DNA of 64,000 bases from Thermoplasmatota archaeon (lineage in GTDB: Archaea; Thermoplasmatota; Penumbrarchaeia; Penumbrarchaeales; Penumbrarchaeaceae): NCBI GenBank assembly GCA_049472215.1, contig JBLIRH010000002.1:23815-87814 (forward strand). Reading direction: 5' to 3'. Made by a program: the position numbers and the translations under genes. The notes below the pieces were generated by a model. The model ran no database searches. It worked only from the letters and a program-made list of their open reading frames with translations, and was not told the DNA's origin. Positions 45,968-56,274 of the stretch are shown in pieces; within the stretch, counting starts at the first letter, position 1, and every line of letters starts with the position of its first letter.

Positions 45968-48900
45968 CTAATCACCTTTGCGGTCCCTTCTGACACGGAA
46001 CGTGAAGAAGAGGTAGCCGCCGAGGCCGATCAGCGCTATCGCCGATACTATTGAGATAACTATTATCATCATGCGCTCACCGGAGGAGCGTCCACCATTG
46101 GAAACGATCCTGAACATATCCGAGATGTTCATCGTTCCACCATAGGTCCCGTTGAGGGTCTGGGCCTCTATCTCCAGAGCGATCAGGAGCTCTTCATCGA
46201 GTTTGAGACCTTCGGGCAGCTCTATCGTGATCCGTCCGTTCGACCTTGGTCCGATCATTATGTTCCTCTCTCCGGGAAGGGACATCGTCCCGACCTCGCC
46301 TGTGATCGTGAAACGAAGGATCAGGGGACTGTCGTTCTCGAGGGTTATCTCAAGATACGGTATCTCGGTGTCTATATTTCTTTCAGGTTCGGAGAAGACC
46401 GCCCTCCATGGCATATCGCCCCAGCCCCAGAGGGAGACAATAACATAGATCGTATCGAAGACAACATTACCTGCCCGGTCCTCAACTTTCAGGTCGATCC
46501 TGTGCTCCCCGGGGCTCAGGTCCCTTACCGTTCTCATTATCGACTGGGTGCTGATATGGATCACACCATCCTTGTCCGATGTCCATGTGACGTTCAATAT
46601 GTCGCCGTTTGGCATGTCAGGATCATACCCGGATGCCTCGAAGACGATCAGTGATCCCGGAAGAAGAACGCTTCCGTTCACCGGCTGAACGATGGAAACG
46701 TCTCGGGGAGGGTCTTCGACGGGCTCGACGATCACTCCGATAAGGTAGAATGCTTTCTCTTCGCCGTCCGATACGGAGATCTGAACATATCCTTCCCCCG
46801 CCTGGTCCTCCTCCGGCACTATCCAGAGGAGCCCGTCAGCGATCGTAGCCTTGAAGGGGAAGTATTCGGTGATGGCGAACATGAGCTCGTCCCCGTCTGG
46901 GTCCTCGAAATCATTCAAAAGGTCGCTGTACAAGGGACCTTCGTCCTCCACCATGTAAAGCACAAGTTCGCTGCCCCCGAAGATCGGCCTTTGATTGTTG
47001 TGGGCGGTGGTTCCGAAGATTATCCCGGACAGTTCGGACACGGGGCCGTCATCATCGACCGAGGCCATGACATATTCGTAGGTCGTGTTATCCGAAAGGC
47101 CCATGTCCTCATAGAACGGGACCGATCTGGAGAGCCTTGTTATCTCCTTGAAATCCTCATCCCCGGGATCCCTCCGATAGATGATATATCCCCAGATATC
47201 CTGGGTGAGAGGGGGGTCCCATTCGATGACAAGCGTGTTATTGCCGCGGGCCCTTGCCTCGATGTTCCTCGGGGGGCCGGGGGGTATGATGTCCACTGGG
47301 ATTCCCTTTATGATATCCGTACTATCCGAGGTCGATCCGGCATGATCAATGGAGACCATCCGGAACGAATACTCCTCACCGTTCTGGAGGCCCCTCACGA
47401 TGATGGCGTTGTCAGGATAGTAGACGATTATCGGATTGAATTCAGTCTGTCCCTTTTTCACGTAGATCAAGGCCCGGTACAGGTCCTCCCCTACCCAATC
47501 CCATTCCAGGGAGATGGCCTTGCCCTCGGGGATCGGTTCCAGCCTGAAGTTCCCCGGGGGGAGGGGTTTCTGGTCCACGTCCACCTGTGTAGTATTGCTC
47601 CACCCCTTCGATCCTACATCATTGTATGCCCTGACCCTGAAATACTGCGTGGTGTTCTCGTTCCCGTACACAGGCAAGAATGCATCCCGGGTGGACCAGG
47701 AAACGAGCTTCGATGAGAAATCCTTCGAGTTCGAACGCTGTACGATATATCTAGATCCTTCATCCGTCCAGCTGAGGTCCACCCTGTCAGATCCCCTCTC
47801 GTAACTGGATCCCAATTTTGGTATGTCCGGCATATCCCAGTACCTGTCCATCATGAGGGGGTAGGGATCACGTGCAAGAAAGGGGATGTCGGTATCTCCG
47901 ATGCCGTCACCCGGCTTTCGACCGTTGGAGCCGTCATCTTCTCCGGTGTATGAATCGTAATAATTGCCCTCGAGGGAAGTGGAGTTGTACCAGGTGGAGA
48001 GGGGGGGGCCGGTTGCCACCTTCTCGTTGTCGATGAAGGAGTTGTAGAATATCCGGGAATCCTCGCCCTCGTCGATCGCCTCCTTGTTACCTATGAACCT
48101 GCTGCGGGTGATGATGGAGTTGAACGGGTCTTCAAGTCCCTTGTCGCAATCGATGAACTCGGAATCCCTGACGACGCCGTTCGAGAGGTCCTTCACCGTC
48201 ACCATGTTCCTGAATGTGCTTCCGTGGATGGTCGATGTACTGGTGGAGGAAAGCTCAATTCGCCCCCCCTCTACCTGCGTATCTATCAAAGATAGATTCT
48301 GTGAAGATACCAATTGAATTGAATTATTGATGAGCCTGGAATCAATTAAAGTGACCTTGTCGATCCTGACATCCAATCCCACGGTACAATTCGATACGGA
48401 AAAGCTCTTGTAGACATTCCTGCCCAGCAGTATCGCACCCTTGCCGTAGTTGGATATCGAGACCCTGGTCATCGGCGTTGAGTAAAAGGGGATTATCGCG
48501 GTTCCCGTTCCGCTGCCCTTCATATCCAACCCATCTATCGCCGACCCCCATTCCATGTTCTTAATTGTGCAGTTCAACATTCGCACATCTTCGAATTCCA
48601 GCTTTCCCCATGTGAGATCGAAACCTTGGATGTAGGAGCGGTTGATGGTAAGGGAGGATGGCACATTCCTTACACCCTGAAGAGCGATCGTTGACGAGGG
48701 GGCCCCAGACGGCAAGAACAATATGCGGGAGCTGTCATCGGGGGTGTCAGCATCGCCGTCGAGATCGGTCGCGTTGAGATACCCATAGTTCAGTATCCCG
48801 ACATCTTTCATCATAAGAGAGGAATTTATCAGGGAAATATGGCCGCCGTTCGTGATACCGATATTCTCAACGACCACCGTTGAGTTCTTGATCGTGAGGT

Positions 48901-49105
48901 GATCGATCACTCCGATACCCTGACCGCAAAGAACCGATAGGTTCTCCCAGGTGACCGGGCCGGTCGATGCATTCACCATGAAGGTTTCGTTGAACTCGAG
49001 ATCGTATCCCGACCATGTTCGTCCCTGTACCGAACCCGTTGGTTCTAACTGGGGGACCGAAACCAGCAGAATGAGGGATAACAGCACTATACGAACTCTT
49101 TCCAC
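45968..49105 (-). CDS. Large secreted protein: beta-helix repeats, fibronectin III-like, cadherin-like domains, C-terminal TM
   Basis: Signal peptide; NosD-like repeats; PPGPPRNIEARARGNNTLVIEWDPP...YIIYRRDPG; TM MMIIVISIVSAIALIGLGGYLFF. Confidence 0.85.
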   Translation of the reverse strand: MERVRIVLLSLILLVSVPQLEPTGSVQGRTWSGYDLEFNETFMVNASTGPVTWENLSVLCGQGIGVIDHLTIKNSTVVVENIGITNGGHISLINSSLMMKDVGILNYGYLNATDLDGDADTPDDSSRILFLPSGAPSSTIALQGVRNVPSSLTINRSYIQGFDLTWGKLEFEDVRMLNCTIKNMEWGSAIDGLDMKGSGTGTAIIPFYSTPMTRVSISNYGKGAILLGRNVYKSFSVSNCTVGLDVRIDKVTLIDSRLINNSIQLVSSQNLSLIDTQVEGGRIELSSTSTSTIHGSTFRNMVTVKDLSNGVVRDSEFIDCDKGLEDPFNSIITRSRFIGNKEAIDEGEDSRIFYNSFIDNEKVATGPPLSTWYNSTSLEGNYYDSYTGEDDGSNGRKPGDGIGDTDIPFLARDPYPLMMDRYWDMPDIPKLGSSYERGSDRVDLSWTDEGSRYIVQRSNSKDFSSKLVSWSTRDAFLPVYGNENTTQYFRVRAYNDVGSKGWSNTTQVDVDQKPLPPGNFRLEPIPEGKAISLEWDWVGEDLYRALIYVKKGQTEFNPIIVYYPDNAIIVRGLQNGEEYSFRMVSIDHAGSTSDSTDIIKGIPVDIIPPGPPRNIEARARGNNTLVIEWDPPLTQDIWGYIIYRRDPGDEDFKEITRLSRSVPFYEDMGLSDNTTYEYVMASVDDDGPVSELSGIIFGTTAHNNQRPIFGGSELVLYMVEDEGPLYSDLLNDFEDPDGDELMFAITEYFPFKATIADGLLWIVPEEDQAGEGYVQISVSDGEEKAFYLIGVIVEPVEDPPRDVSIVQPVNGSVLLPGSLIVFEASGYDPDMPNGDILNVTWTSDKDGVIHISTQSIMRTVRDLSPGEHRIDLKVEDRAGNVVFDTIYVIVSLWGWGDMPWRAVFSEPERNIDTEIPYLEITLENDSPLILRFTITGEVGTMSLPGERNIMIGPRSNGRITIELPEGLKLDEELLIALEIEAQTLNGTYGGTMNISDMFRIVSNGGRSSGERMMIIVISIVSAIALIGLGGYLFFTFRVRRDRKGD

Positions 49106-49147
49106 GGTGAATGGACCTATTTATCCCGATTTATTATTTGTGGTAGG

Positions 49148-49495
49148 TCATCTCGTCAGGGGCCCAGTGAGCGACCTTCCCAGGTCGGTGATGGAGTATA
49201 TGATGTTCTTGCCATTCCTCTCCCCCGAGATCACTCCCGCCTTTTCGAGCTTCTTCAGGTGGAACGAAAGAAGGTTCGGTGCCATTCCGGTGAGTTCCGA
49301 AAGCTCCGATGGGGTAAGGGGAGAGAAATTGAGGTAGTAGAGGACCTCTATCCTGTTGCTGGAGGACAGGACGGAGTACATCTTTCCCAGCCTCTTCAGG
49401 ACCTGTGTGCCGGGTCTCAGCTTCTTCAGACCTTCAAGCCCCCCTAACTCCTCGAGGTCTGGGTCAAAGCCCTCGGGGGGTCCTTCGTCTCCCAT
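49148..49495 (-). CDS. ArsR-type winged HTH transcriptional regulator
   Basis: VLSSSNRIEVLYYLNFSPLTPSELSELTGMAPNLLSFHLKKLEKAGVISGERNGKNIIYSITDLG. Confidence 0.85.
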   Translation of the reverse strand: MGDEGPPEGFDPDLEELGGLEGLKKLRPGTQVLKRLGKMYSVLSSSNRIEVLYYLNFSPLTPSELSELTGMAPNLLSFHLKKLEKAGVISGERNGKNIIYSITDLGRSLTGPLTR

Positions 49496-49529
49496 GTTCC
49501 ATAATACCCGTTCTGTTTATTCAAAACTA

Positions 49530-50993
49530 TCATGGACCGGGAGTGGGTTTTCTACCCCTTCTTCCCGAGATCATAAGGACGGCGAAAAGTAAGACCATTA
49601 TTGTCCCGGCCGAACAACCAACGATCAGCCAGAAACCATTTCCGGGGCCTTCTTTCTTGTTCTGGTCAGGTTCGACCGGAACATCATCGTCGACAGCGTC
49701 CCCCTTATCGAATGCCACTGGGTATTCGTCCGTGGCATTCGCGATACCGTCGATGATATAGGGGTCGTCAACGATGCTGTCGTTGTCATGATCCGGGCCC
49801 CAGTGGTCGGACCAGAGGTTCCCTTCGGTCCCTTCGTACCAGCTGTTGGACTCCCCGTTGTCCATAGCCTGGAAACCCTTCGGGCCGTTATCGTAGAATC
49901 TATTTGCATAGACCATGTTATGCCTGGATGGAGGACCCCTCCCCAGCCATGTGTCGATGGTGACAGCATGCCACGTTCCGTTGGAGAAAACGTTATGATG
50001 GACCATCGCTCCATCGGTCGAATCGAGGTACACGGCGTTCTCGTTCCCTTCGAAGTCCGAACCGGTTATTGCGATGCCGCTGGAATCGCTCAGGAACACA
50101 CCATATGTGTTCTTGTAGAAATTGCATTTCGATATGATAGAATCTGATGCAGCGGAGAGCTGGATGCCGTTGGTGTTGTAACGGATCGAGGTCTCCTCGA
50201 TCGAGGAGTTGGCGATACTCATCATGAATATGCCGTTGTTGTTCGTATCTATGTAGGACCTCGCTATCCTTATCCCGCTGGAAACGATCGACCCGTTCGA
50301 GGTCTCAGAAATTATTCCGAAGCCGTAGTTCAAGGTTGTAGTAGTGTCTATTATTTCCACCTCGCTGGAATCGACCAGATGTATTCCGGCTGTGAGTCCC
50401 AATATGGCTGTGTTCGATTCTGCTATAACGCTGCTGATGGTCACGTTACGGGACATGTTCACCAATATCCCGTTCTCCACGTTGACCTTGCAGAGGACCC
50501 TTTCTATGGAAATGCTCCTGCCCTGGACATATACCCCATCGTAGGAGCCGAAGAAACCCGAATCACCGATCCAGATGCCTGAACAGTTTCGGACCTCGAC
50601 CCCCCTAGTGCAGTAATATGTCGCCACGTTCCTGACCCTGACATTGGTGGAGTTCTCGATAAGGATGCCCGGGTGCTTTGGGAGTTTCCCGTTCACGAAA
50701 AGGTTGTAATCCACCACCACGTGTCTTGTAGAGTTCCTGATGACCACCCCCGGGGAGGTCGTGGTATTGAACCAGAAACCGGAGATCAAGTACGGATCGT
50801 CCAAGGTTCCGTTGCCGGTCACTCCCTCAGGAAGCTCCCCTGTGAAATTTGAATCGTTGATATGGATAGGGCCGTGGAGCTTCAATAATGGACCCTCGTC
50901 ATCCTGTCCGGAAACGATGCCATGGAACGATAGGATGATAACCAATGAGAACAAGGCCAGCAGAGATCTAGAAAGTTTGCCCATTGATCGCAC
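49530..50993 (-). CDS. Secreted NosD-like parallel beta-helix protein with C-terminal TM
   Basis: Signal peptide; GNGTLDDPYLISGFWFNTT...VVIRNSTRHVVVDYNLF; TM GFWLIVGCSAGTIMVLLFAVLMI and basic tail. Confidence 0.88.
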   Translation of the reverse strand: MRSMGKLSRSLLALFSLVIILSFHGIVSGQDDEGPLLKLHGPIHINDSNFTGELPEGVTGNGTLDDPYLISGFWFNTTTSPGVVIRNSTRHVVVDYNLFVNGKLPKHPGILIENSTNVRVRNVATYYCTRGVEVRNCSGIWIGDSGFFGSYDGVYVQGRSISIERVLCKVNVENGILVNMSRNVTISSVIAESNTAILGLTAGIHLVDSSEVEIIDTTTTLNYGFGIISETSNGSIVSSGIRIARSYIDTNNNGIFMMSIANSSIEETSIRYNTNGIQLSAASDSIISKCNFYKNTYGVFLSDSSGIAITGSDFEGNENAVYLDSTDGAMVHHNVFSNGTWHAVTIDTWLGRGPPSRHNMVYANRFYDNGPKGFQAMDNGESNSWYEGTEGNLWSDHWGPDHDNDSIVDDPYIIDGIANATDEYPVAFDKGDAVDDDVPVEPDQNKKEGPGNGFWLIVGCSAGTIMVLLFAVLMISGRRGRKPTPGP

Positions 50994-51112
50994 TTCCCGG
51001 TTCGGTCCGATCGACCACTCTCTTTGATGATATCCTTTTCGGTGGCGTCCTGAAACTCATCGGAAAAGAATATTTGGTATCTCCAATATCAGGGTGCAAA
51101 GGGAGTATTTCA

Positions 51113-51361
51113 ATGACCGAGAAGAAATCCTACAAGGTCTCAGGTGACGACCTGTTGAAGAAGATCGACGACATCATAAAGGAGGGGAACGCCCGAAGGA
51201 TCAGGATAATCCACGAAGGAAAACCGCTTGTGGATATTCCACTATCTGTCGGGATCGGTGTCGGTGCGATAACAGTGCTGACCGCTCCTGTACTGGCGGC
51301 GGTCGGGGCCATCGCTGCGCTGGTTGCCGAAGTGACCATAGAAGTGGAGAAAGTAGAGTAG
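51113..51361 (+). CDS. DUF4342-like small protein
   Basis: YKVSGDDLLKKIDDIIKEGNARRIRIIHEGKPLVDIPLSVGIGVGAITVLTAPVLAAVGAIAALVAEVTIEVE. Confidence 0.8.
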   Translation: MTEKKSYKVSGDDLLKKIDDIIKEGNARRIRIIHEGKPLVDIPLSVGIGVGAITVLTAPVLAAVGAIAALVAEVTIEVEKVE

Positions 51362-51372
51362 AAATATACCTA

Positions 51373-52218
51373 TCAAACCTGGTCCATGCTTCTCAATGCA
51401 GTGTGGAGAAGGACGCTCATAGATGACTTCCAGGCTTTTTCAGCATGCCTTTCAATGGTAAGTTTCAGTGCGTCGCGGGAAACCTTGAAATCGATATCCT
51501 TGAACTTCACATCCATCAGGACCAGACCGATCGGCGGCAAAGGCTTCACCTTGCCTCTGAGCGTCTCCACGTCCCCTTCCCTCTCTTTCAGGAGGACCTC
51601 GAGATCGACATTTTCGAGATCGCCCTTGACGACGCTCAGAGCCGCTCCGACCATCCTCCTTATCTGGTTCCATAAGAACCTGGAGCCCACCACATCCACG
51701 ATGACAAGCTCCCCCCTTCCGGACAGGTCGAAGGCCCTGGCGCTTTCGACGACGGTCACAGGGTTCTTCTCCTCCTCCAGTTTGCATAGGTACGAGAAAT
51801 CGTGCTCCCCCTCGAACAGGGAGAGGACCCTGTTGAATTCCTCCATATCCTCCACTTGAACGGTTCCAGGTGGCAGATGGTAGCGGTACCATCTCGATGA
51901 CGCCCATCTGATGTTCTGCTCCGGTCTGGGAGCCCCCCATCCCCAGCACCAGATATCGGTCAGATTGGCGTTCAGGGCCCTTAGCAGTTCATCGGGGTCC
52001 ATTCCGGTTTCCAGGGAGAATACGTTTCCAAGGGCTGATACACCGGCATCGGTCCTCGAAGAGAACCTGATCGGCCATTCCGACCATTCGATGTCCGGAC
52101 ACACCTTCCTAAGAGCGATTGCAATGCTCCCCTCGACCGAGAGCGGATCGTCGTCCCCCTGCCGCTGGGAGCCGTGGAAGGATGACCCGTCATAGGCAAC
52201 CTTTACCGCCAGATGCAT
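51373..52218 (-). CDS. truA: tRNA pseudouridine synthase A (TruA)
   Basis: VAYDGSSFHGSQRQ; SSRTDAGVSALGNVFSLET; GSRFLWNQIRRMVGA. Confidence 0.93.
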   Translation of the reverse strand: MHLAVKVAYDGSSFHGSQRQGDDDPLSVEGSIAIALRKVCPDIEWSEWPIRFSSRTDAGVSALGNVFSLETGMDPDELLRALNANLTDIWCWGWGAPRPEQNIRWASSRWYRYHLPPGTVQVEDMEEFNRVLSLFEGEHDFSYLCKLEEEKNPVTVVESARAFDLSGRGELVIVDVVGSRFLWNQIRRMVGAALSVVKGDLENVDLEVLLKEREGDVETLRGKVKPLPPIGLVLMDVKFKDIDFKVSRDALKLTIERHAEKAWKSSMSVLLHTALRSMDQV

Positions 52219-52270
52219 GCTCCCGTATCCCACCGGAAACAAATATAGCTTTACACTGTATCGCAGGGGC

Positions 52271-53011
52271 GTGAAAGATAACAGGGGGGGGGAACGACCC
52301 GAGTTCATCCCTGTGCTGGTCGCTCCTCTCTATCAGGGCAACATCGGCTCCGTTGCCAGGTTGTGCAGGAACTTCGGAATGAAGGAGATGGCCATGGTAG
52401 ATCCCCCTGAGATAGGCGACGAGGCAATTGCCTATTCCATGCACGGCAAGGATATTCTCCTATCGCATCGGACCTTCGCCTCCCTGGAAGAAGCTTCCGA
52501 TGAGTTCGATCATTTGGTGGGGACCTCCGGCATCTCGGATTCGGGAGAGAAATGCTATCAAAGGAACCCCCTCACACTTGAGGAACTGGTCAGATGGACC
52601 GGGTCTGTCCGCGGCAGGATCGGGATCGTTTTCGGGAGGGAGGACAAGGGCCTTGTGAAGGAAGAGCTCGAGCTCTGCGATATCCTCGTTACGATCCCGG
52701 CTTCCCCGGATTATCCCATATTGAACCTCTCTCATGCGGCAGCCGTGGTCTTCTACGAGCTTTGGAAAGGCCTGAACCGTACAAATTGGAGGAACTCCCC
52801 CACCATCACGCGCCTTGAGAAGAACGTGCTCCTGGAGCATTACGAGAGGCTCATGGAGGTTTCAAAGGTTCCTGAGCATAAAAGGCCCATCGCTCGAACC
52901 AATTTTCGAAGGATGATCGCAAGAGCGGCCCCCAGCCAGAGGGAGTTCAACTCCCTGATGGGAACGTTCTCAAGGGCCATGGATTACAAAAGGAAGAAGA
53001 AGGTTGAATGA
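52271..53011 (+). CDS. SpoU/TrmJ-like RNA 2'-O-methyltransferase
   Basis: VAPLYQGNIGSVARLCRNFGM; GIVFGREDKGLVKEELELCDILVTIPASPDYPILNLSHAAAVVFYEL. GTG start at 52271 likely. Confidence 0.9.
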   Translation: MKDNRGGERPEFIPVLVAPLYQGNIGSVARLCRNFGMKEMAMVDPPEIGDEAIAYSMHGKDILLSHRTFASLEEASDEFDHLVGTSGISDSGEKCYQRNPLTLEELVRWTGSVRGRIGIVFGREDKGLVKEELELCDILVTIPASPDYPILNLSHAAAVVFYELWKGLNRTNWRNSPTITRLEKNVLLEHYERLMEVSKVPEHKRPIARTNFRRMIARAAPSQREFNSLMGTFSRAMDYKRKKKVE

Positions 53012-55570
53012 TCATCTTCTGTCGACCGGCTGGAACCTGGGAGCGGACTGCGGCGGAGCGCCGCCGCCCCCGTAAGAGTACTGCACCGGATACTGTGTTT
53101 GTCTCGGAGGTTCCCTCTTCCTCCTGGACCTGGATATCATGAACCCGGACAGGGCCAGAAGAATGAATACCAGGAGAATTACCAGGAATATGATGGCTGT
53201 CGGACCTATGCCTGTCTGCCTTCCCTTGACATCCGTGGAGGAGGATGGTATGTCGATGATCAGCTGAACGGTGGCAGTATCGGTCCCGCCTCCGTAATCG
53301 TATACGGTCACCTGGATCTGGTAGGTGCCGTTCTCGAGATCGGTGACAGACGGAAGCTCAAGGGTGAACTCCAGATCGTCAGCGGCAACATCCGGGTCCA
53401 CGCCGTCGTTCAGCATCTCGATCCCCGAGCCGCCGCCGATGGACCTCAGATCGGCAATGACGATCTCGATGTCACCGAGGCCGTCGGGGTCCTCTATGAG
53501 CGCGTAGAGTATGATCCGCTCTCCGGAGGTGTTCGAATTGATAACCCCTGGCTCCACCGATACGAGGCTGATGACCGGCGGGGAGTTGATCGACTCCTCC
53601 CTCACATCGATCTCCAGCGACCTCGAATCGGTGCCCCCTTTGCCATCCAGGACGGTCACGGTAACCCTGTCCATCACGGGCTGGGAGGGGGCCTGGTAGA
53701 TCACCTCGTCCCCGGTTCCCTCGATCGTTCCCCTTTCGGCATCGTAATCGTACTCGAGTTCGTCCCCGTCCTGATCTATTGCGACGACCCGGAGGTTGGT
53801 GGTCCCATCGACCGTGAGCACGTTCTTGCCGGCCTTGAACGAGGTGATCACCGGGGGTCTGTTCGGGAGACCCTCCTGGACCATGACGAAGGTGGAGGCC
53901 GTATCCCTGCCTCCGGAAGGGTCCGAAACGGCCAGATTGAAGTAATATTTTCCGGGTTCGGAGGGTGCTTTCCAATCCCACAGGGGGCCTTCCCCTGTCA
54001 GTGTACCGTCGTCCACCGTCAAAGAATATGTAAGCGGCTCCTCGTCGATATCGGCTGCGACGGCCCTCACCCTGCAGGTGGATCCCGCAGTCGTAACATT
54101 GGGTTCGACGGCGAAATACGTTATCTCGGGCCTGTGATTGACGGGGACATAGGTCAATGACGTCTTCACCGCGTTGTAAGCGTCCAGCATTCCATAGCCA
54201 TACTGGGTATTATAAGTTGGAGAAAGGTCCCTGTCATAGGGCTCTCCCCTGGCCTCGGACGTCTGATGAAGTATCATCGAGATGTGGTTGGTCCTGTCCG
54301 TAGGTGCCAGAGAGGACTTTGCCTGAAGCATCAGTGCAACCGTTCCCGAAACATGTGGCGTCGCATAGGAGGTCCCGGACCCGGTCGACCATCCGCTGGC
54401 CCCCTGGAGCCGCGAAGTCCTGGAGGATGAAGCGAAGGATATTCCTACACCCGGGGCAACGACATCGGGCCTCATCTCGTCATAGGGATTGGTGTCTCCG
54501 TCATCGGTCCTCGGTCCGTAGGTTGAAGAGGCCCAGTACTCGTCATCGGACCTGTCGATCGTGTCCTGGTCGCTCACCGCCCCCACGACTATCGACCGGT
54601 CCGCCCAGGTCGTTCCCGCACCGGATGCGTACTGGGACCCTGAATTTCCCGCTCCCTGGACCACGACGATCCCCTGCACGGTAAGCTCGTCCATTGCCTG
54701 CACTACAGCACCATTATTGTTTCCCACACCGAGGCTCAATGATACTATGTCGACACCTGTGTAACCCGTGTCGCCCCAAACGGTCTCCCTGTTGTCCGAG
54801 CACCATTGGAAGGCATCCATGAGGCTGTTCTGGTTGAGGGTGATGCCGCTCTGGCCTATTATCTTGATATCGATAAGGCCCGCTGCGGGCGCCACCCCTT
54901 TATGGGACCCGTCCGCGTCACCCCTCCCAAGGGCGATCGAAGCGACCCCGGTCCCGTGCCCCGTCCTGTCGTCCGGATCGAAGCTTCCGTCGTCGGGATT
55001 GAGGGGGGTGTTAATCGGTGCTGTAAAATCGACCCCGGCCACGAAGGCGTCCTGGAATGTTGGATGCTCGTTATCGACACCAGTATCCAGGACCGCAATG
55101 GTGACTCCTCTTCCGGTCATCCCGAGTTCCCTGGCGGTCCTCGGGCTGTACTCGTCTGACGGATTCGCCTTTATCGCCGCTGTGGAAACGTCCATCAACG
55201 TTCTGACAGTATCCTGCTTCTCGATCCTGACGATACCTGGTATTGATAATGTCGATTCCAGTTCTTCGAATGAATCATATCTGACCGAGATCACCGGAAC
55301 GATGTCATAGGCGTTCCATACCTCGCCTCCCTTCAAGGTGATGGCTTCGGATGCTCCCTCGATATATGACCGGTCTCGAAAATGAACAAATGTCCAGGCC
55401 GGATAGGTTGCTATATATTGATTGCTGAGCTCCATGTCGATATCGATGATGCGAAGGCCGGGGAAGAGATTGGAACTTTCATCATTTCTACCCGATACGT
55501 GGAGAAGACCCGCCATGCTGAGCATCATCACGAAAAGGATCGGCATCACGAACTTCCTTGCACCGGACAT
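53012..55570 (-). CDS. Subtilase (S8) family surface protease with Ig/cadherin-like repeats and C-terminal TM
   Basis: TIAVLDTGVDNEHPTF; DRTGHGTGVASIALG; GTSYATPHVSGTVALM; TM TAIIFLVILLVFILLALSGFMI and PQY-rich tail. Confidence 0.92.
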   Translation of the reverse strand: MSGARKFVMPILFVMMLSMAGLLHVSGRNDESSNLFPGLRIIDIDMELSNQYIATYPAWTFVHFRDRSYIEGASEAITLKGGEVWNAYDIVPVISVRYDSFEELESTLSIPGIVRIEKQDTVRTLMDVSTAAIKANPSDEYSPRTARELGMTGRGVTIAVLDTGVDNEHPTFQDAFVAGVDFTAPINTPLNPDDGSFDPDDRTGHGTGVASIALGRGDADGSHKGVAPAAGLIDIKIIGQSGITLNQNSLMDAFQWCSDNRETVWGDTGYTGVDIVSLSLGVGNNNGAVVQAMDELTVQGIVVVQGAGNSGSQYASGAGTTWADRSIVVGAVSDQDTIDRSDDEYWASSTYGPRTDDGDTNPYDEMRPDVVAPGVGISFASSSRTSRLQGASGWSTGSGTSYATPHVSGTVALMLQAKSSLAPTDRTNHISMILHQTSEARGEPYDRDLSPTYNTQYGYGMLDAYNAVKTSLTYVPVNHRPEITYFAVEPNVTTAGSTCRVRAVAADIDEEPLTYSLTVDDGTLTGEGPLWDWKAPSEPGKYYFNLAVSDPSGGRDTASTFVMVQEGLPNRPPVITSFKAGKNVLTVDGTTNLRVVAIDQDGDELEYDYDAERGTIEGTGDEVIYQAPSQPVMDRVTVTVLDGKGGTDSRSLEIDVREESINSPPVISLVSVEPGVINSNTSGERIILYALIEDPDGLGDIEIVIADLRSIGGGSGIEMLNDGVDPDVAADDLEFTLELPSVTDLENGTYQIQVTVYDYGGGTDTATVQLIIDIPSSSTDVKGRQTGIGPTAIIFLVILLVFILLALSGFMISRSRRKREPPRQTQYPVQYSYGGGGAPPQSAPRFQPVDRR

Positions 55571-55617
55571 TATCTCACCTTGTCGAACGGGAGTGAAATT
55601 GATTTCACGGACTGTGA

Positions 55618-56160
55618 TCAGGAAAGATATTCCGGTTCCACCACCAGCGAACGCAGTTTCAGAACCTTGTTCGGGCTCAGCCCGATGTAAGTGTCCCCGA
55701 ATATCCCACCCTCAACCTCCAGCGGATAGGTTATCACCTGTGATCTCACAGGTTCGTCCTCCACCCTCTTCACAGGCTCCGCGGGTTTTGCAGGTTCCGG
55801 TACCTTGGCCACCGGTTTGAACTTGGCCTGGGAGACCGGAGCAGGTGGCACTGCCGGAGCCCTGGGACCCGGTGCCTTGGGCTGGACCGTTTCCAGGGGC
55901 TTTGGCTTCGATATTAGAGAGTAGGCTATGATGAGCGCGAGCGCCAGGAAAAGGACGACCGCCCCCACCAGCCTCCAGAGAGGTGGGAAGATCGGATCGA
56001 ACTCATCGGCCAGCAGGGACACGAACTTGGGCCCGATTATGAATATCCCCAGATACGCCACATAAAGCAGCAGGGCGAATATCGGGAACATCGGGAAACT
56101 GCCTTTGCCGGGGGGAGGCGGGCTCCCCTGGACCGGAGTGAACTTCGCGGGCACAGCCAT
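55618..56160 (-). CDS. Membrane protein with P/A/K-rich cytosolic linker
   Basis: TM MFPIFALLLYVAYLGIFIIGPKFV and LVGAVVLFLALALIIAYSLI; linker PKPLETVQPKAPGPRAPAVPPAPVSQAKFKPVAKVPEPAKPAEP. Confidence 0.7.
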   Translation of the reverse strand: MAVPAKFTPVQGSPPPPGKGSFPMFPIFALLLYVAYLGIFIIGPKFVSLLADEFDPIFPPLWRLVGAVVLFLALALIIAYSLISKPKPLETVQPKAPGPRAPAVPPAPVSQAKFKPVAKVPEPAKPAEPVKRVEDEPVRSQVITYPLEVEGGIFGDTYIGLSPNKVLKLRSLVVEPEYLS

Positions 56161-56274
56161 GTCAAACGAGGTTAATGGAGCCTGTCTTTAAAATGTTTGC
56201 CTTTTAACTGGATAGCTAGGCCTCTCCCCTGCCCATCGAGAAAGATTATATGCACCGGGCTGTTTCGTGGAACG

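Noticed and set aside
46991-47716. 241-aa plus-strand ORF
   Set aside because: Antisense to the 1045-aa secreted protein; shadow ORF.
53099-54160. 353-aa plus-strand ORF
   Set aside because: Antisense to subtilase gene 53012..55570.
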